Below are positions 18,590 through 27,839 of a stretch of 64,000 nt of DNA, piece after piece (positions within the stretch are counted from its first letter, which is position 1; every line of letters starts with the position of its first letter). Origin of the DNA: an uncultured Actinomycetota bacterium (lineage in GTDB: Bacteria; Actinomycetota; Actinomycetes; JAHEKZ01); NCBI GenBank assembly GCA_963829525.1, contig CAWHIJ010000003.1, forward strand, positions 96,001 to 160,000. Direction: 5' to 3'. The notes under the pieces are model-generated. The model saw nothing but the letters and a program-made list of their open reading frames with translations. It ran no database searches and had not been told where the DNA came from. The position numbers and the translations under genes were made by a program.

Positions 18590-19471
18590 ATGAACCGCCT
18601 ACGAGACCTGCTCGGCGGAGAACTCCCTGTCCTGTTCGACGGCGGCATGGGAACTCTGCTCCAGGAGCGCGGCCTTGAGGGAGGCGGCTCGGGCGAGCTC
18701 TGGAACGTTGAGCACCCGGACATCATCCGCAAGATCCACACCGAGTACGCCGAGGCCGGCGCCCGCGTCCTCACGACAAACACCTTCGGCGGAACCGAGC
18801 CGCGCCTGACCATGCACGGCCTCGGCGAACGCGTCCATGAGCTCAACGAAGCCGCTGCCTCGATCGCCCACGAGGTCGCCGGACAGCACGGCAGCCTTGT
18901 TGCTGGAGACCTCGGCCCTACTGGTGAGCTGATGTTCCCCATGGGCACCATGGACGAAGAGCAGGCCACCACCCTGTTCGAGGCGCAGCTGCGCGGCCTG
19001 GTCGCCGGCGGTATCGACCTCGTCCTGATCGAGACCATGAGCGATCTGTCCGAGGTGAGGGCAGCCATCGCCGCAGCCGAAAAGGTCGCCCCCGAGTTGC
19101 CGGTCGTGGCCACGCTCAGCTTCGACACCAACCTGCACACGATGATGGGCGTCGCTCCGGCGCAAGCCGTCACCGAACTGGCCGAGACCTCCGCTGATGC
19201 CGTCGGGGCCAACTGCGGACGCGGCCTGGCCGAGCTCGAGTCGATCATGACAACCATGGTCGACGTACGCCGCGACGACCTGCTTCTCATCGGTCAATCG
19301 AACGCCGGGTTGCCGCACCTCGTCGGCGATCGGTTCGTCTACGACGCATCGGTGGACGACGTCGCAGCGCACGCGGTCCGGCTACGCGACCTCGGGATCG
19401 ACCTGATCGGGTCCTGCTGCGGGTCGACCCCGGCCTTCACCGCAGCGATGCGCGACGCCCTCGCCCACTGA
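18590..19471 (+). CDS. Homocysteine S-methyltransferase family protein (stand-alone MetH N-terminal-like domain)
   Basis: DGGMGT, TNTFG, IETM, GANC, NAGLP and GSCCG Zn-ligand motifs. Confidence 0.9.
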   Translation: MNRLRDLLGGELPVLFDGGMGTLLQERGLEGGGSGELWNVEHPDIIRKIHTEYAEAGARVLTTNTFGGTEPRLTMHGLGERVHELNEAAASIAHEVAGQHGSLVAGDLGPTGELMFPMGTMDEEQATTLFEAQLRGLVAGGIDLVLIETMSDLSEVRAAIAAAEKVAPELPVVATLSFDTNLHTMMGVAPAQAVTELAETSADAVGANCGRGLAELESIMTTMVDVRRDDLLLIGQSNAGLPHLVGDRFVYDASVDDVAAHAVRLRDLGIDLIGSCCGSTPAFTAAMRDALAH

Positions 19472-19487
19472 CGCCTCCGCCCCGGCT

Positions 19488-19517
19488 TTGGAGCATCTCG
19501 ACCGCATCCCCTATGCT
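19488..19517 (+). promoter_or_regulatory. Putative housekeeping-sigma promoter of the tRNA cluster
   Basis: TTGGAG-N18-TATGCT ending 22 nt before tRNA-Glu. Confidence 0.55.
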
Positions 19518-19539
19518 GAGCGGGCTTCCGGCGGAGCTA

Positions 19540-19615
19540 GCCCTCATCGTCTAGCGGCCTAGGACGCCGCCCTTTCACGGCGGTAGCGCGGGTTCGAATC
19601 CCGCTGGGGGTACCA
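19540..19615 (+). tRNA. tRNA-Glu (TTC)
   Basis: GCCCTCATCGTCTAGCGGCCTAGGACGCCGCCCTTTCACGGCGG...GGTTCGAATCCC...TACCA; CCA encoded. Confidence 0.97.
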
Positions 19616-19645
19616 ACCTCCTGCCGGAGGCTGACCTCACCACGA

Positions 19646-19720
19646 GGTCCCGTGGAGCAGTTCGGAGTGCTCGTCGCCCTGTCAAGGCGAAGGTCGCGGG
19701 TTCAAATCCCGTCGGGACCG
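19646..19720 (+). tRNA. tRNA-Asp (GTC)
   Basis: GGTCCCG acceptor stem, TCGCC-CTGTCAA-GGCGA anticodon arm, GGTTCAAATCC T-loop. Confidence 0.97.
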
Positions 19721-19766
19721 CTCAGTTTTGCCGTTGCTCGCCCCCCGGGGAAAACAGGCGGAGCTG

Positions 19767-19840
19767 GGGCAGGTAGCTCAGTTGGTACGAGCGTCCGCCT
19801 GAAAAGCGGAAGGTCGGCGGTTCGATCCCGCCCCTGCCCA
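19767..19840 (+). tRNA. tRNA-Phe (GAA)
   Basis: GGGCAGG acceptor stem, TCCGC-CTGAAAA-GCGGA anticodon arm, GGTTCGATCCC T-loop. Confidence 0.97.
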
Positions 19841-19866
19841 CCGCACGCGCTCTCCGGCTCCGGCCC

Positions 19867-19926
19867 TGAAGAGTTACCCCGAGTTCTGAGGCTGCCTCGG
19901 CCGTCGAAACTCGGGGTAAGTCTTCA
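19867..19926. repeat. REP-like long-loop palindrome, copy A
   Basis: TGAAGAgTTACCCCGAGTT...AACTCGGGGTAAgTCTTCA; one arm nearly identical to 39126-39145. Confidence 0.8.
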
Positions 19927-20116
19927 CGAAGCCGCGAAGGCCGCCGACGCTGCCCGCCGCGCCAGGCGCTGTTCCCGCAGCGCCGCGCCATCGAACGTGA
20001 CCAAGTGGCGCGGGTCACATCAGCGTTTGACCCACCGCCCCTCGGGTATCTCTCACTGTGTTCGTCAACCGCCGGTCCCGAATCACGGGACGGTTCACCG
20101 ACAGGAGGTGCGAACC

Positions 20117-20626
20117 ATGGAGCACGAAGCCCAGACCCGGGTCGAACGCCCCGTGTCCACGGTCTACAACCAGTGGACGCAGTTCGAGTCATTCCCTGAG
20201 TTCATGCAAGGTGTCAACAAGGTCACTCAGCTCGACGACTCGACCACCCAGTGGGATGTCGAGATCGCCGGTGTCGCGCGGGAGTTCACCGCCGAGATCG
20301 TCGAGCAGCGTCCCGACCGCACAATCCACTGGCGCTCCCGCACCGAGCCGATGCACGAGGGACGCGTCAGTTTCATGCCCCAAGGCGACGCCACCGACGT
20401 CACCCTTTGGCTCAACTTCCAGCCGGACGGCGTCATCGAGCAGCTCGGCGACAAGCTCGGCTTCGTCAAGGGCCGGGTCGAGGGTGACCTCGACCGTTTC
20501 AAGCACTTCATCGAGCAGCGCGAGCACGCCACAGACGCCTGGCGCGGCAGCATCCCCTCTAGCGCTGAGCAGACCCCCGGGATCGACCGTCCGGTCACCC
20601 ACACCATGGAAAAGGATCAGTCATGA
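20117..20626 (+). CDS. SRPBCC/polyketide cyclase family protein
   Basis: VYNQWTQFESFPEFM and GDLDRFKHFIE; AGGAGG RBS before ATG 20117. Confidence 0.9.
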   Translation: MEHEAQTRVERPVSTVYNQWTQFESFPEFMQGVNKVTQLDDSTTQWDVEIAGVAREFTAEIVEQRPDRTIHWRSRTEPMHEGRVSFMPQGDATDVTLWLNFQPDGVIEQLGDKLGFVKGRVEGDLDRFKHFIEQREHATDAWRGSIPSSAEQTPGIDRPVTHTMEKDQS

Positions 20627-20862
20627 AGCTAGTCACCATCGCCATCGGCGCCGGCCTCGGATACCTTGCGGGCAACGAGGACGCCCGCCACAAGACCTGG
20701 GCCGCCCTTAAGCAGGCCCAGCAGTCCCGCTCGGCGAAGTCTCTCGAGGGCAAGGTCAGCGGAGCCGTGAGCCAGCTGTCGGACCGGCGCCGCGGGTCCG
20801 ACAACGACGCCGACGCCGAGCTCATAGCGCCTGCCGTGGTAGACCGCTCCGTGATCGGCTAG
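20623..20862 (+). CDS. Small hypothetical protein with N-terminal hydrophobic segment (YtxH-like)
   Basis: IAIGAGLGYLAG then a helical charged stretch; ATGA overlap with the upstream gene. Confidence 0.7.
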   Translation: MKLVTIAIGAGLGYLAGNEDARHKTWAALKQAQQSRSAKSLEGKVSGAVSQLSDRRRGSDNDADAELIAPAVVDRSVIG

Positions 20863-21069
20863 ACGGCTCAGGAGCCACCTCACCGGTGGCAGGGTGACGC
20901 TGCTGCTGGGGAGCAGCGTCACCCTGCCGTTCCCGGCTGCCGCAGTCGCTGTGGAGTCGCTCTCTCACTTGTCAGGTAAACCCGAAATCGGCTCACGCTT
21001 GACCGCTCACCTGCCGATATGGGCGGGAAGGGGCGCGCCGGCGCCCCACCGTCGACGTAGGGAGCCGAC

Positions 21070-21222
21070 GTGGTCGAGGCCCGGGGTGTCGTCATCGCCA
21101 CCGTCCTCGCGGCCTTGGTTGTTCTCGGACTGCTCGCCTTCGCGGCGTCCAACGTCATGCCCCATAACTTCGGCCTGCGGGCCTGCCAGACCGGCGAGCT
21201 GCCTGAGTCGGAGTGCGACTAA
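21070..21222 (+). CDS. Small single-TM protein, 50 aa (not in ORF track)
   Basis: AGGGAG RBS, GTG start; MVEARGVVIATVLAALVVLGLLAFAASNVMPHNFGLRACQTGELPESECD; GC-rich third positions. Confidence 0.6.
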   Translation: MVEARGVVIATVLAALVVLGLLAFAASNVMPHNFGLRACQTGELPESECD

Positions 21223-21296
21223 GACAGCAATCGAGCACCGGCATCATCATCCCCGGCCCCAGATGAGGCCAAACGCCGTTGGTGCTGCCCGGTTGT

Positions 21297-21986
21297 CTAC
21301 CTCTTCGGCAGCACCCGAACGATGAAGTAACTGCTGGTCCATATCGGATCGGTCTTGACGTTCGTGCCAGGACGCGAGGCGTGCAGGATGTTGCCGTGTC
21401 CTGCGTAGATCGATGCGTGATAGACCCCGCCCGAGTCGTACATGAACACCAGGTCTCCCGGGCGGGCGTGCTTCCGGGAAATCCGCTCTCCACTTCGGCT
21501 CTGAACCGATGCCGAGTGTTGCAGCGTCTTGCCGGTCGCCTTCTCGTAGACGTACCGGGTCAGCCCTGAGCAGTCGAACGCGTTCGGCCCGGCCGCTCCG
21601 TACACATAGGGATCACCCTTCTGAGCGCGGGCAACCTTCATGATCCGGTGGTACTCGTTGTTGATCCTGGCGCGGGCCTGCAGGATCTGCTCCCACCGGG
21701 TCTTGAGTGCGCGGTAGGTGCGCTGGTTGATCACCCCCGTGACGTCAAAGCCTCGACGGTCCTGGAAGTGCTTCACCGCATGTCTGGTCTTGTCGTTGAA
21801 CGTGCCAGTGCGCGGGTCCACGTCGAGGACTCGCTGGGCCAGGAGCACGCGGGGGCCAGAGTCGCCCATGCGCAAGGTGTTAAAACTCGTATCGGCCGCA
21901 GTGGCGGTGCTGGTGGCAAGTGGGCTGGCCAGGGCGATCGTCAGGCCGACGGCAAGCAGACGTCGACGCGCGAGAATTCGCGACAT
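21297..21986 (-). CDS. NlpC/P60 cell-wall peptidase with peptidoglycan-binding domain
   Basis: Signal peptide, LRMGDSG...AVKHFQ...TGVI PG-binding domain, PYVYGAAGPNAFDCSGL. Confidence 0.95.
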   Translation of the reverse strand: MSRILARRRLLAVGLTIALASPLATSTATAADTSFNTLRMGDSGPRVLLAQRVLDVDPRTGTFNDKTRHAVKHFQDRRGFDVTGVINQRTYRALKTRWEQILQARARINNEYHRIMKVARAQKGDPYVYGAAGPNAFDCSGLTRYVYEKATGKTLQHSASVQSRSGERISRKHARPGDLVFMYDSGGVYHASIYAGHGNILHASRPGTNVKTDPIWTSSYFIVRVLPKR

Positions 21987-21998
21987 GTTTCCTCTCCG

Positions 21999-22170
21999 AC
22001 GCCTGCGAGGTCAGCTGTCGGGTTCGGGCCAGAGAGTGCCCGGTCATGCCAAATCGGCAACGACTTAACCCCAAGACCGTCCGCGCTCTGGCGGTCGGTC
22101 ACTAACCTTGGGTCCCCCGCTCCTGCCCACGTGCATATCGTCACCCACCGGGCTGGACAGGATTCGGCGT
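21999..22170 (-). ncRNA. c-di-AMP (ydaO/yuaA) riboswitch
   Basis: ACGCCGAATCCTG...CAGGAGCGGGGGACCCA...TGGGGTTAAG...CCCGAACCCGACAGCTGACCTCGCAGGCGT directly before the RBS of a cell-wall hydrolase gene. Confidence 0.93.
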
Positions 22171-22343
22171 ACCCGGTGAGCCCCCACCTGGTGGTGAGGT
22201 CACGAAAGGGTATCGGGCGATCTGGCCCCCAACACAAGCCTGGCCCGCAAAAGTGGGCCAATTCACACCCGTTCGGCCTAGTGTCTACGGACTAGTCACA
22301 ATCCGTGCCCGCGAGACTGGTCCTTAGATCGGCTAAGCAGTCA

Positions 22344-22592
22344 TCAACTCAGGGGTGGAGACTCCGCAGGGGGCTGCGGCACGCTCACCGGAGGAACGTC
22401 GTCACTCTGAAGCCCGTCCAGCAGCGCCTGGACCTCGGCAGCCCGGTAACGCCGGTGCCCGCCCAGGGTTCGTATCGCGCTCAGCTTGCCGGCTTTTGCC
22501 CACCTGGTGACGGTCTTGGGATCAACCCGGAAGAGCGCCGCCACCTCCGCAGGCGTCAGCAACGCCTCAGGCTCGGGTGGTAGTTGTGCCAT
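22344..22592 (-). CDS. bldC: BldC family MerR-like transcription factor
   Basis: LLTPAEVAALFRVDPKTVTRWAKAGKLSAIRTLGGHRRYR; adjacent to vdh-DUF3073-purM as in Streptomyces. Confidence 0.93.
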   Translation of the reverse strand: MAQLPPEPEALLTPAEVAALFRVDPKTVTRWAKAGKLSAIRTLGGHRRYRAAEVQALLDGLQSDDVPPVSVPQPPAESPPLS

Positions 22593-22787
22593 GTGTCCCC
22601 CACGTGACGTCATCGGTGCTCCGGTCCTCGATAGCGCTCCGCGAGCGTACCAATGCAAAGAGTGACGGATGTCGCGCTTGTCCGTAATCCCTCATCAGTG
22701 CCATTCCTCCCCTATCGACGGGACTAACCCATCTGGGTTCGCCCAGCCCTCGAGCTTCATCGAAGTCGAGATCGGTAGGGTCCGAAC

Positions 22788-23873
22788 GTGACCGAACAAC
22801 ACCCCAAGCCGGGCGGACGACTCTTCGACCGGTTCGACGGGCACGAGCAGGTGGTCCTGGCCTCAGATGAGGCAACCGGGCTTCGTGCCATCATCGCCAT
22901 CCACTCCACGGCACTCGGTCCTGCACTTGGCGGCACGCGGTTCCACCTCTACCCCGACGACGACGCCGCCCTCGATGACGTCCTGCGGCTCTCGCGCGCC
23001 ATGAGCTACAAGAACGCCTTGGCCGGCCTCCCCCACGGGGGCGGCAAAGCGGTCATCCTCGGTGACCCGACGCAGGCGAAGACCGACGCCCTGCTCGAAG
23101 CCTACGGACGAGCCGTCGAGTCGTTGGGGGGCCGCTACTACACCGCCTGCGACGTCGGCACCTACGTGGCTGACATGGATGTCGTTGGGCGGACCACCCG
23201 CTTCGTCACCGGACGCAGCGAGAGCAACGGTGGGAGCGGCGACTCGTCTTTACTCACCGCACTCGGGGTCTTCTGCGCCATGCGCGCCTGCGCCCAGCAC
23301 CTGTGGGGCTCAGACGATCTGACGGGACGTCGGGCCGCAGTCTCCGGAGTCGGCAAAGTCGGGCGCCGACTTGTGGAACACCTCTGTGGCGCCGGGGCGT
23401 CCGTGGTGATCTACGACCTCAGTCCTGACGCCATCGCCACCGTGCTCGCGAGCCACCCAGAAGTCGACGTGGCGGCGAGCGAGTCCGAGTTGGCCACTCG
23501 CGAGGACATCGACATCTACTCTCCCAATGCGCTCGGCGGTGCCCTGAACGACGTGAGCGTCGCGGGCCTGGCAGCTGCCGTCGTCTGTGGCGGAGCCAAC
23601 AACCAGCTCGCTCACCCTGGGGTCGAGCAGCAACTGGCCGACCGGGGGATCACCTACGCCCCCGACTACCTCGTCAATGCCGGCGGCGTCATCCAGGTCG
23701 CCGACGAGCTGAACGGCTTTGATCTCGGCCGAGCCCGCGAGCGCGCGCTGGGCATCTACCAGACCACGCTGGACGTCCTCCGGCTCGCCTCCGATGAGGG
23801 GATGCCCCCAGCCCGGGCTGCCGACCGGCTGGCCGAGTCGATCATCGCTGCCGGACCACCGGCTACCGGCTGA
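22788..23873 (+). CDS. vdh: Valine/leucine dehydrogenase (Glu/Leu/Phe/Val dehydrogenase family)
   Basis: [46 protein letters not shown]. Confidence 0.9.
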   Translation: MTEQHPKPGGRLFDRFDGHEQVVLASDEATGLRAIIAIHSTALGPALGGTRFHLYPDDDAALDDVLRLSRAMSYKNALAGLPHGGGKAVILGDPTQAKTDALLEAYGRAVESLGGRYYTACDVGTYVADMDVVGRTTRFVTGRSESNGGSGDSSLLTALGVFCAMRACAQHLWGSDDLTGRRAAVSGVGKVGRRLVEHLCGAGASVVIYDLSPDAIATVLASHPEVDVAASESELATREDIDIYSPNALGGALNDVSVAGLAAAVVCGGANNQLAHPGVEQQLADRGITYAPDYLVNAGGVIQVADELNGFDLGRARERALGIYQTTLDVLRLASDEGMPPARAADRLAESIIAAGPPATG

Positions 23874-24032
23874 TCCCAAGGTCCAGGACGTGCACCCGAT
23901 TGGCTCAGATCAAGGTGCGCCTGCCTGCACGCAGCGGGGATGGATCGTCTACTCTAGAGAGCAGTGCGCCCCAGGGGCGCCATCCGATAGACACGCCTAC
24001 TGGGGCCGATGCCCCAACGAGGGGGTCAGCCC

Positions 24033-24221
24033 ATGGGTCGCGGGAGGGCCAAGGCCAAGCAGACCAAGGTTGCCCGGCAGCTGAAGTACTCCAGCTCCGA
24101 GCTCGACGTCGACGCGCTCACCGTCGAACTTGGTGGCGAGGCCCCGCATGCCGACGTGGTCGAGGACGACCCCTACGACCCGTACACAGCTGCTTACGGT
24201 GAGGCCGAGTCCGGCCGCTGA
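24033..24221 (+). CDS. DUF3073 family protein
   Basis: MGRGRAKAKQTKVARQLKY N-terminus, acidic tail, next to purM. Confidence 0.92.
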   Translation: MGRGRAKAKQTKVARQLKYSSSELDVDALTVELGGEAPHADVVEDDPYDPYTAAYGEAESGR

Positions 24222-24271
24222 GCGCCACACTCTCCGCACCGGCACTCAGCGTTGCCACGATGTTGGGTGAT

Positions 24272-24312
24272 GGCGGGGTAGGTCAGGCGGGGTAAGTCAG
24301 GCGGGGTGGCTA
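24272..24312. repeat. 14-bp tandem repeat x3 at the purM 3' end
   Basis: GGCGGGGTAGGTCA GGCGGGGTAAGTCA GGCGGGGTGGCTA. Confidence 0.8.
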
Positions 24313-25356
24313 CCGACCAATGTCGGCGGTCGGGCCTTCTGATGCCCCCTGCACTTGGCCGCAGATCCACGCTGGAACACCACGCTCGTCGAGCAAGCGC
24401 ACGCTCTCCTCGGCCGCATCTCTATCGACGACGGCGATCATGCCGACCCCTTGGTTGAACGTGCTCTCGAGATCTTGGCTCTTGACCCCACCGAGTTCGC
24501 CGATCAGCGAGAAGACCGGTGGGGGCGTCCAGGTGGTTCGGTCAACCGTTGCCGACAGGTGTGCCGGAATCACCCGGGCTAGGTTCTCCGCGAGTCCACC
24601 ACCGGTGATGTGTGAGAGGGCATGAAGCTGCTCACGGTGCGAACGAGCGAGCGCAAGACAGTCGAGGCTGTAGATGCGGGTCGGCTCGAGCAGTTCTTCA
24701 CCGACGGTGCGGCCGAGCCCGTCGACATCATGGTCGACGTCCCATCCTGCGATCGTAAAGAAGACATGCCTCGCCAGTGAATAGCCATTGGCGTGAAGCC
24801 CGCTGCTAGCCATGGCGATCAGCACGTCACCGGAGTTAACGCGCTCGGCCCCGAGCACATCGTCGGCGTCGACGATGCCCGTTCCAGCTCCGGCCACGTC
24901 GTACTCGTCCGGCTCCAACAGCCCCGGGTGTTCGGCCGTCTCACCACCGACGAGCGCTGCTCCCGCACGACGGCAACCTTCAGCGATACCGGAGACAATG
25001 GCGGCGATCTTCTCCGGGTAGACCTTCCCGGTTGCGATGTAGTCAGTCATGAAAAGAGGTTCGGCACCACAGACCACGAGGTCGTCCAAGACCATCGCGA
25101 CCAGATCGATACCGATGGTGTCGTGGATACCCATGCGGCGAGCAACGTCGACCTTCGTGCCAACACCATCAGTCGACGACGCGAGCAGCGGTTTGCGCAG
25201 ACGCGTGTACGGCGTCAGGTCGAAGAGTCCGGCAAACCCGCCGATTCCGCCGACGACCTCGGGACGCGTTGCACGCGCGATGCTCGCCTTCATCAGCTCG
25301 ACGGCGCGGTTGCCCTCTTCGATACTGACACCGGCACTCTCGTACGTCGTGCTCAC
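24310..25356 (-). CDS. purM: Phosphoribosylformylglycinamidine cyclo-ligase (AIR synthetase)
   Basis: YESAGVSI, GGFAGLF, STDGVGTK, GGETAEHPG, SSGLHANGYSL; last codons probably frameshifted (alternative stop at 24297). Confidence 0.96.
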   Translation of the reverse strand: MSTTYESAGVSIEEGNRAVELMKASIARATRPEVVGGIGGFAGLFDLTPYTRLRKPLLASSTDGVGTKVDVARRMGIHDTIGIDLVAMVLDDLVVCGAEPLFMTDYIATGKVYPEKIAAIVSGIAEGCRRAGAALVGGETAEHPGLLEPDEYDVAGAGTGIVDADDVLGAERVNSGDVLIAMASSGLHANGYSLARHVFFTIAGWDVDHDVDGLGRTVGEELLEPTRIYSLDCLALARSHREQLHALSHITGGGLAENLARVIPAHLSATVDRTTWTPPPVFSLIGELGGVKSQDLESTFNQGVGMIAVVDRDAAEESVRLLDERGVPAWICGQVQGASEGPTADIGR

Positions 25357-25382
25357 GTGTTGGGATCCCTCCGGGCTCGCCG

Positions 25383-26969
25383 TCACGGGCGGCCCAACGC
25401 ATCGGACGCCCCGGTTGCCGCCGTGAGGGAGGCCAGGCCATCGGCATCACCTGAAGTTGTGGCGGAGGTGCTTGTGCTCTCGCGCTCGTACCCTTCGAGC
25501 AGGTGCTTTCCAAGCGCCTCGGGCTCGGGCAGCTCGATCGGATACACACCGGTGAAGCACGCGGTGCACAGCTTCTCAACCGGGATGGTGGTCGCTTCGA
25601 CGAGCTCATCGAGAGACACGTACGTAAGCGAGTCTGCGCCAACGGACTGGCGGATCTCGTCGACGGCCAGACCATTGGCAATCAGCTCGGCACGGGTGGC
25701 GAAGTCGATGCCGTAGAAACATGGCCATTTCACGGGTGGGCTCGAAATACGCACGTGGACCTCTGCTGCGCCGGCCTCGCGGAGCATTCGCACTAGGGCA
25801 CGCTGAGTGTTTCCTCGGACGATCGAGTCGTCGACGACGACGAGCCTCTTTCCGTCGATGACCTCGCGCAGCGGGTTGAGCTTGAGCCGGATACCGAGCT
25901 GACGGATCGTCTGCGACGGCTGGATGAACGTACGTCCGACGTACGCGTTCTTCACGAGGCCCTGTGCGTACGGGATGCCCGATTCCTGGGCGTACCCGAT
26001 CGCCGCCGGTGTCCCCGACTCGGGCACCGGAATCACAAGATCAGCCTCAACCGGATCGTGCCGGGCCAACCGCCGACCGACGTCTACGCGCGCCTCATGC
26101 ACGCTGCGACCAGCGATGCTCGTGTCCGGCCTCGCAAGGTAGACGTACTCGAAGATGCACCCCTTTGGGTCGGCATCGGCGAAACGCTGACTACGGAGTC
26201 CATGCTCGTCGACAGCGAGCAGCTCACCCGGCTCGACCTCGCGTACATAGCTAGCACCCACGATGTCGAGTGCTGCAGTCTCCGACGCAACAACCCATCC
26301 GCGTTCGAGGCGTCCGAGCACCAGGGGCCGAATCCCTTGAGGATCGCGAGCCGCGTAGAGCGTCGACTCGTCCATGAAGACAAAGCTGAACGCGCCTCGG
26401 AGCAGTGGCAGCACCTCGAGCGCCGCCTTCTCCAAGGAGCGTGATGGGTGGTTGGCCAGCAGCTCGGTGACGAGGTCGGTGTCGGAGCTGGCGTCGGGGG
26501 TGCCAAGACCGGGGAGCAGCAGTTCACCGCGCTCAACCTCGGACTCCGCAGCCAGTCGAGCGAGCTCTCCGGTGTTGATCAGGTTGCCGTTGTGGCCGAG
26601 GGCGATGCCCCCGTCTCCAGTGTGGCGAAAGGCCGGCTGGGCGTTCTCCCAGTTGCTTGAGCCGGTGGTCGAGTAGCGGGTGTGGCCGATGGCCAGGTGG
26701 CCGACGAGTGTGGCCAGGTGTCGCTCATCGAAGACCTGGGCCACCAGTCCCATGTCCTTGTAGACGACGATGCCTTCGCCGTCGCTGACTGCGATTCCGG
26801 CAGATTCTTGGCCGCGGTGCTGCAGGGCGTAGAGCCCGAAGTACGAAAGCTTGGCGACCTCTTCGCCGGGCGCCCAGACGCCGAAGACGCCACAGGCGTC
26901 TTGCGGGCCTTGCTCGCCGGGCTCACCGGGAAGGAGATCGTGGGTGAGCCGACCGTCACCGCGCTTCAC
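25383..26969 (-). CDS. purF: Amidophosphoribosyltransferase
   Basis: Propeptide then CGVFG, LQHRGQE, CIFEYVY, VDDSIVRGNT, CFYGID. Confidence 0.97.
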   Translation of the reverse strand: MKRGDGRLTHDLLPGEPGEQGPQDACGVFGVWAPGEEVAKLSYFGLYALQHRGQESAGIAVSDGEGIVVYKDMGLVAQVFDERHLATLVGHLAIGHTRYSTTGSSNWENAQPAFRHTGDGGIALGHNGNLINTGELARLAAESEVERGELLLPGLGTPDASSDTDLVTELLANHPSRSLEKAALEVLPLLRGAFSFVFMDESTLYAARDPQGIRPLVLGRLERGWVVASETAALDIVGASYVREVEPGELLAVDEHGLRSQRFADADPKGCIFEYVYLARPDTSIAGRSVHEARVDVGRRLARHDPVEADLVIPVPESGTPAAIGYAQESGIPYAQGLVKNAYVGRTFIQPSQTIRQLGIRLKLNPLREVIDGKRLVVVDDSIVRGNTQRALVRMLREAGAAEVHVRISSPPVKWPCFYGIDFATRAELIANGLAVDEIRQSVGADSLTYVSLDELVEATTIPVEKLCTACFTGVYPIELPEPEALGKHLLEGYERESTSTSATTSGDADGLASLTAATGASDALGRP

Positions 26970-27036
26970 CACCTCAGTCTAGGGGACCGGTCTCGACACG
27001 CCCAAAGTCACGCATGGCGTCGGACCCACCGCGGCG

Positions 27037-27822
27037 TCACCACGGGCGCGATCTTCGTGATGGGGCCTCAGAGCCGCCCACCTCGGCCTTGATCGCCTCC
27101 CGCACGGCCGGGAAGGCGTCGCTGCGTGGGTCGATCAGCTCGAAGTGGCCGCACCGCAGCTCGGTGACCCGCGTCCCCGTGTGACGGCGGGCGTAGCTGA
27201 GGCTCTGCTCGATCGGGATCAATGTGTCGGTGACACCGTGCAGCAGATGAATGCTGGCACGCGGCGTCGGCAACAGTGCTGGGTCGGCCAGGTCGTATCG
27301 GTCTGGATGCCCCTGAGGAGTTCCGCCCAGCAGGTCGTGGACCGGATTGTCGCCGTCCCCGAAAGTGCGAGACATCGCTGTGAGGTCAGCGATCGGAGCC
27401 AACGCAACCACCGCGTCCACCAGCGGCGTCGGCTCGGTCGCAGCCACCCACAGCCCCAGGTGTCCTCCGGCGCTGTGGCCGACCAGGATTCGACGAGACG
27501 CGGCCGGATGGTGCTGGACGATCCTGCGAAGACCGGTGCGGACGTCATCGAATGTGGCCGGCCATCCCCCACCTCCGCCTACGCGCCGGTACTCCAGCAG
27601 CACGACTGTCGATCCAAGCTGGGCGAGTGACGCCGCGAGCCCTCGGCAGTGCCCCCGGTCGTACTCCTGCTTCCAGAACCCACCGTGCAGCACCACGATG
27701 AGTGGTGCTGCAGGTGCTCCTGCCCAGATCTCGGCCACCTGCTCGGGGTCAGCGCCGTATGACACCACATCGGGAGGTGCGATGGACGAGCGCGACAGGA
27801 CCGACCGGTCTTCGGAGAGCAC
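27037..27822 (-). CDS. Alpha/beta hydrolase (possible kynurenine formamidase)
   Basis: HGGFW oxyanion motif and GHSAGG nucleophile; directly downstream of kynU. Confidence 0.8.
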   Translation of the reverse strand: MLSEDRSVLSRSSIAPPDVVSYGADPEQVAEIWAGAPAAPLIVVLHGGFWKQEYDRGHCRGLAASLAQLGSTVVLLEYRRVGGGGGWPATFDDVRTGLRRIVQHHPAASRRILVGHSAGGHLGLWVAATEPTPLVDAVVALAPIADLTAMSRTFGDGDNPVHDLLGGTPQGHPDRYDLADPALLPTPRASIHLLHGVTDTLIPIEQSLSYARRHTGTRVTELRCGHFELIDPRSDAFPAVREAIKAEVGGSEAPSRRSRPW

Positions 27823-27839
27823 GGCGAGACGTTATCGCT

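Noticed and set aside
19652-20116. N-terminal extension of the 324-aa ORF
   Set aside because: Overlaps tRNA-Asp and tRNA-Phe; the real SRPBCC start is ATG 20117 with an AGGAGG RBS
22255-22310. BldC or MtrA sites upstream of the riboswitch-NlpC/P60 unit
   Set aside because: Only loose partial matches (CAATTCAC, CGGAC, GTCACA); too degenerate to support
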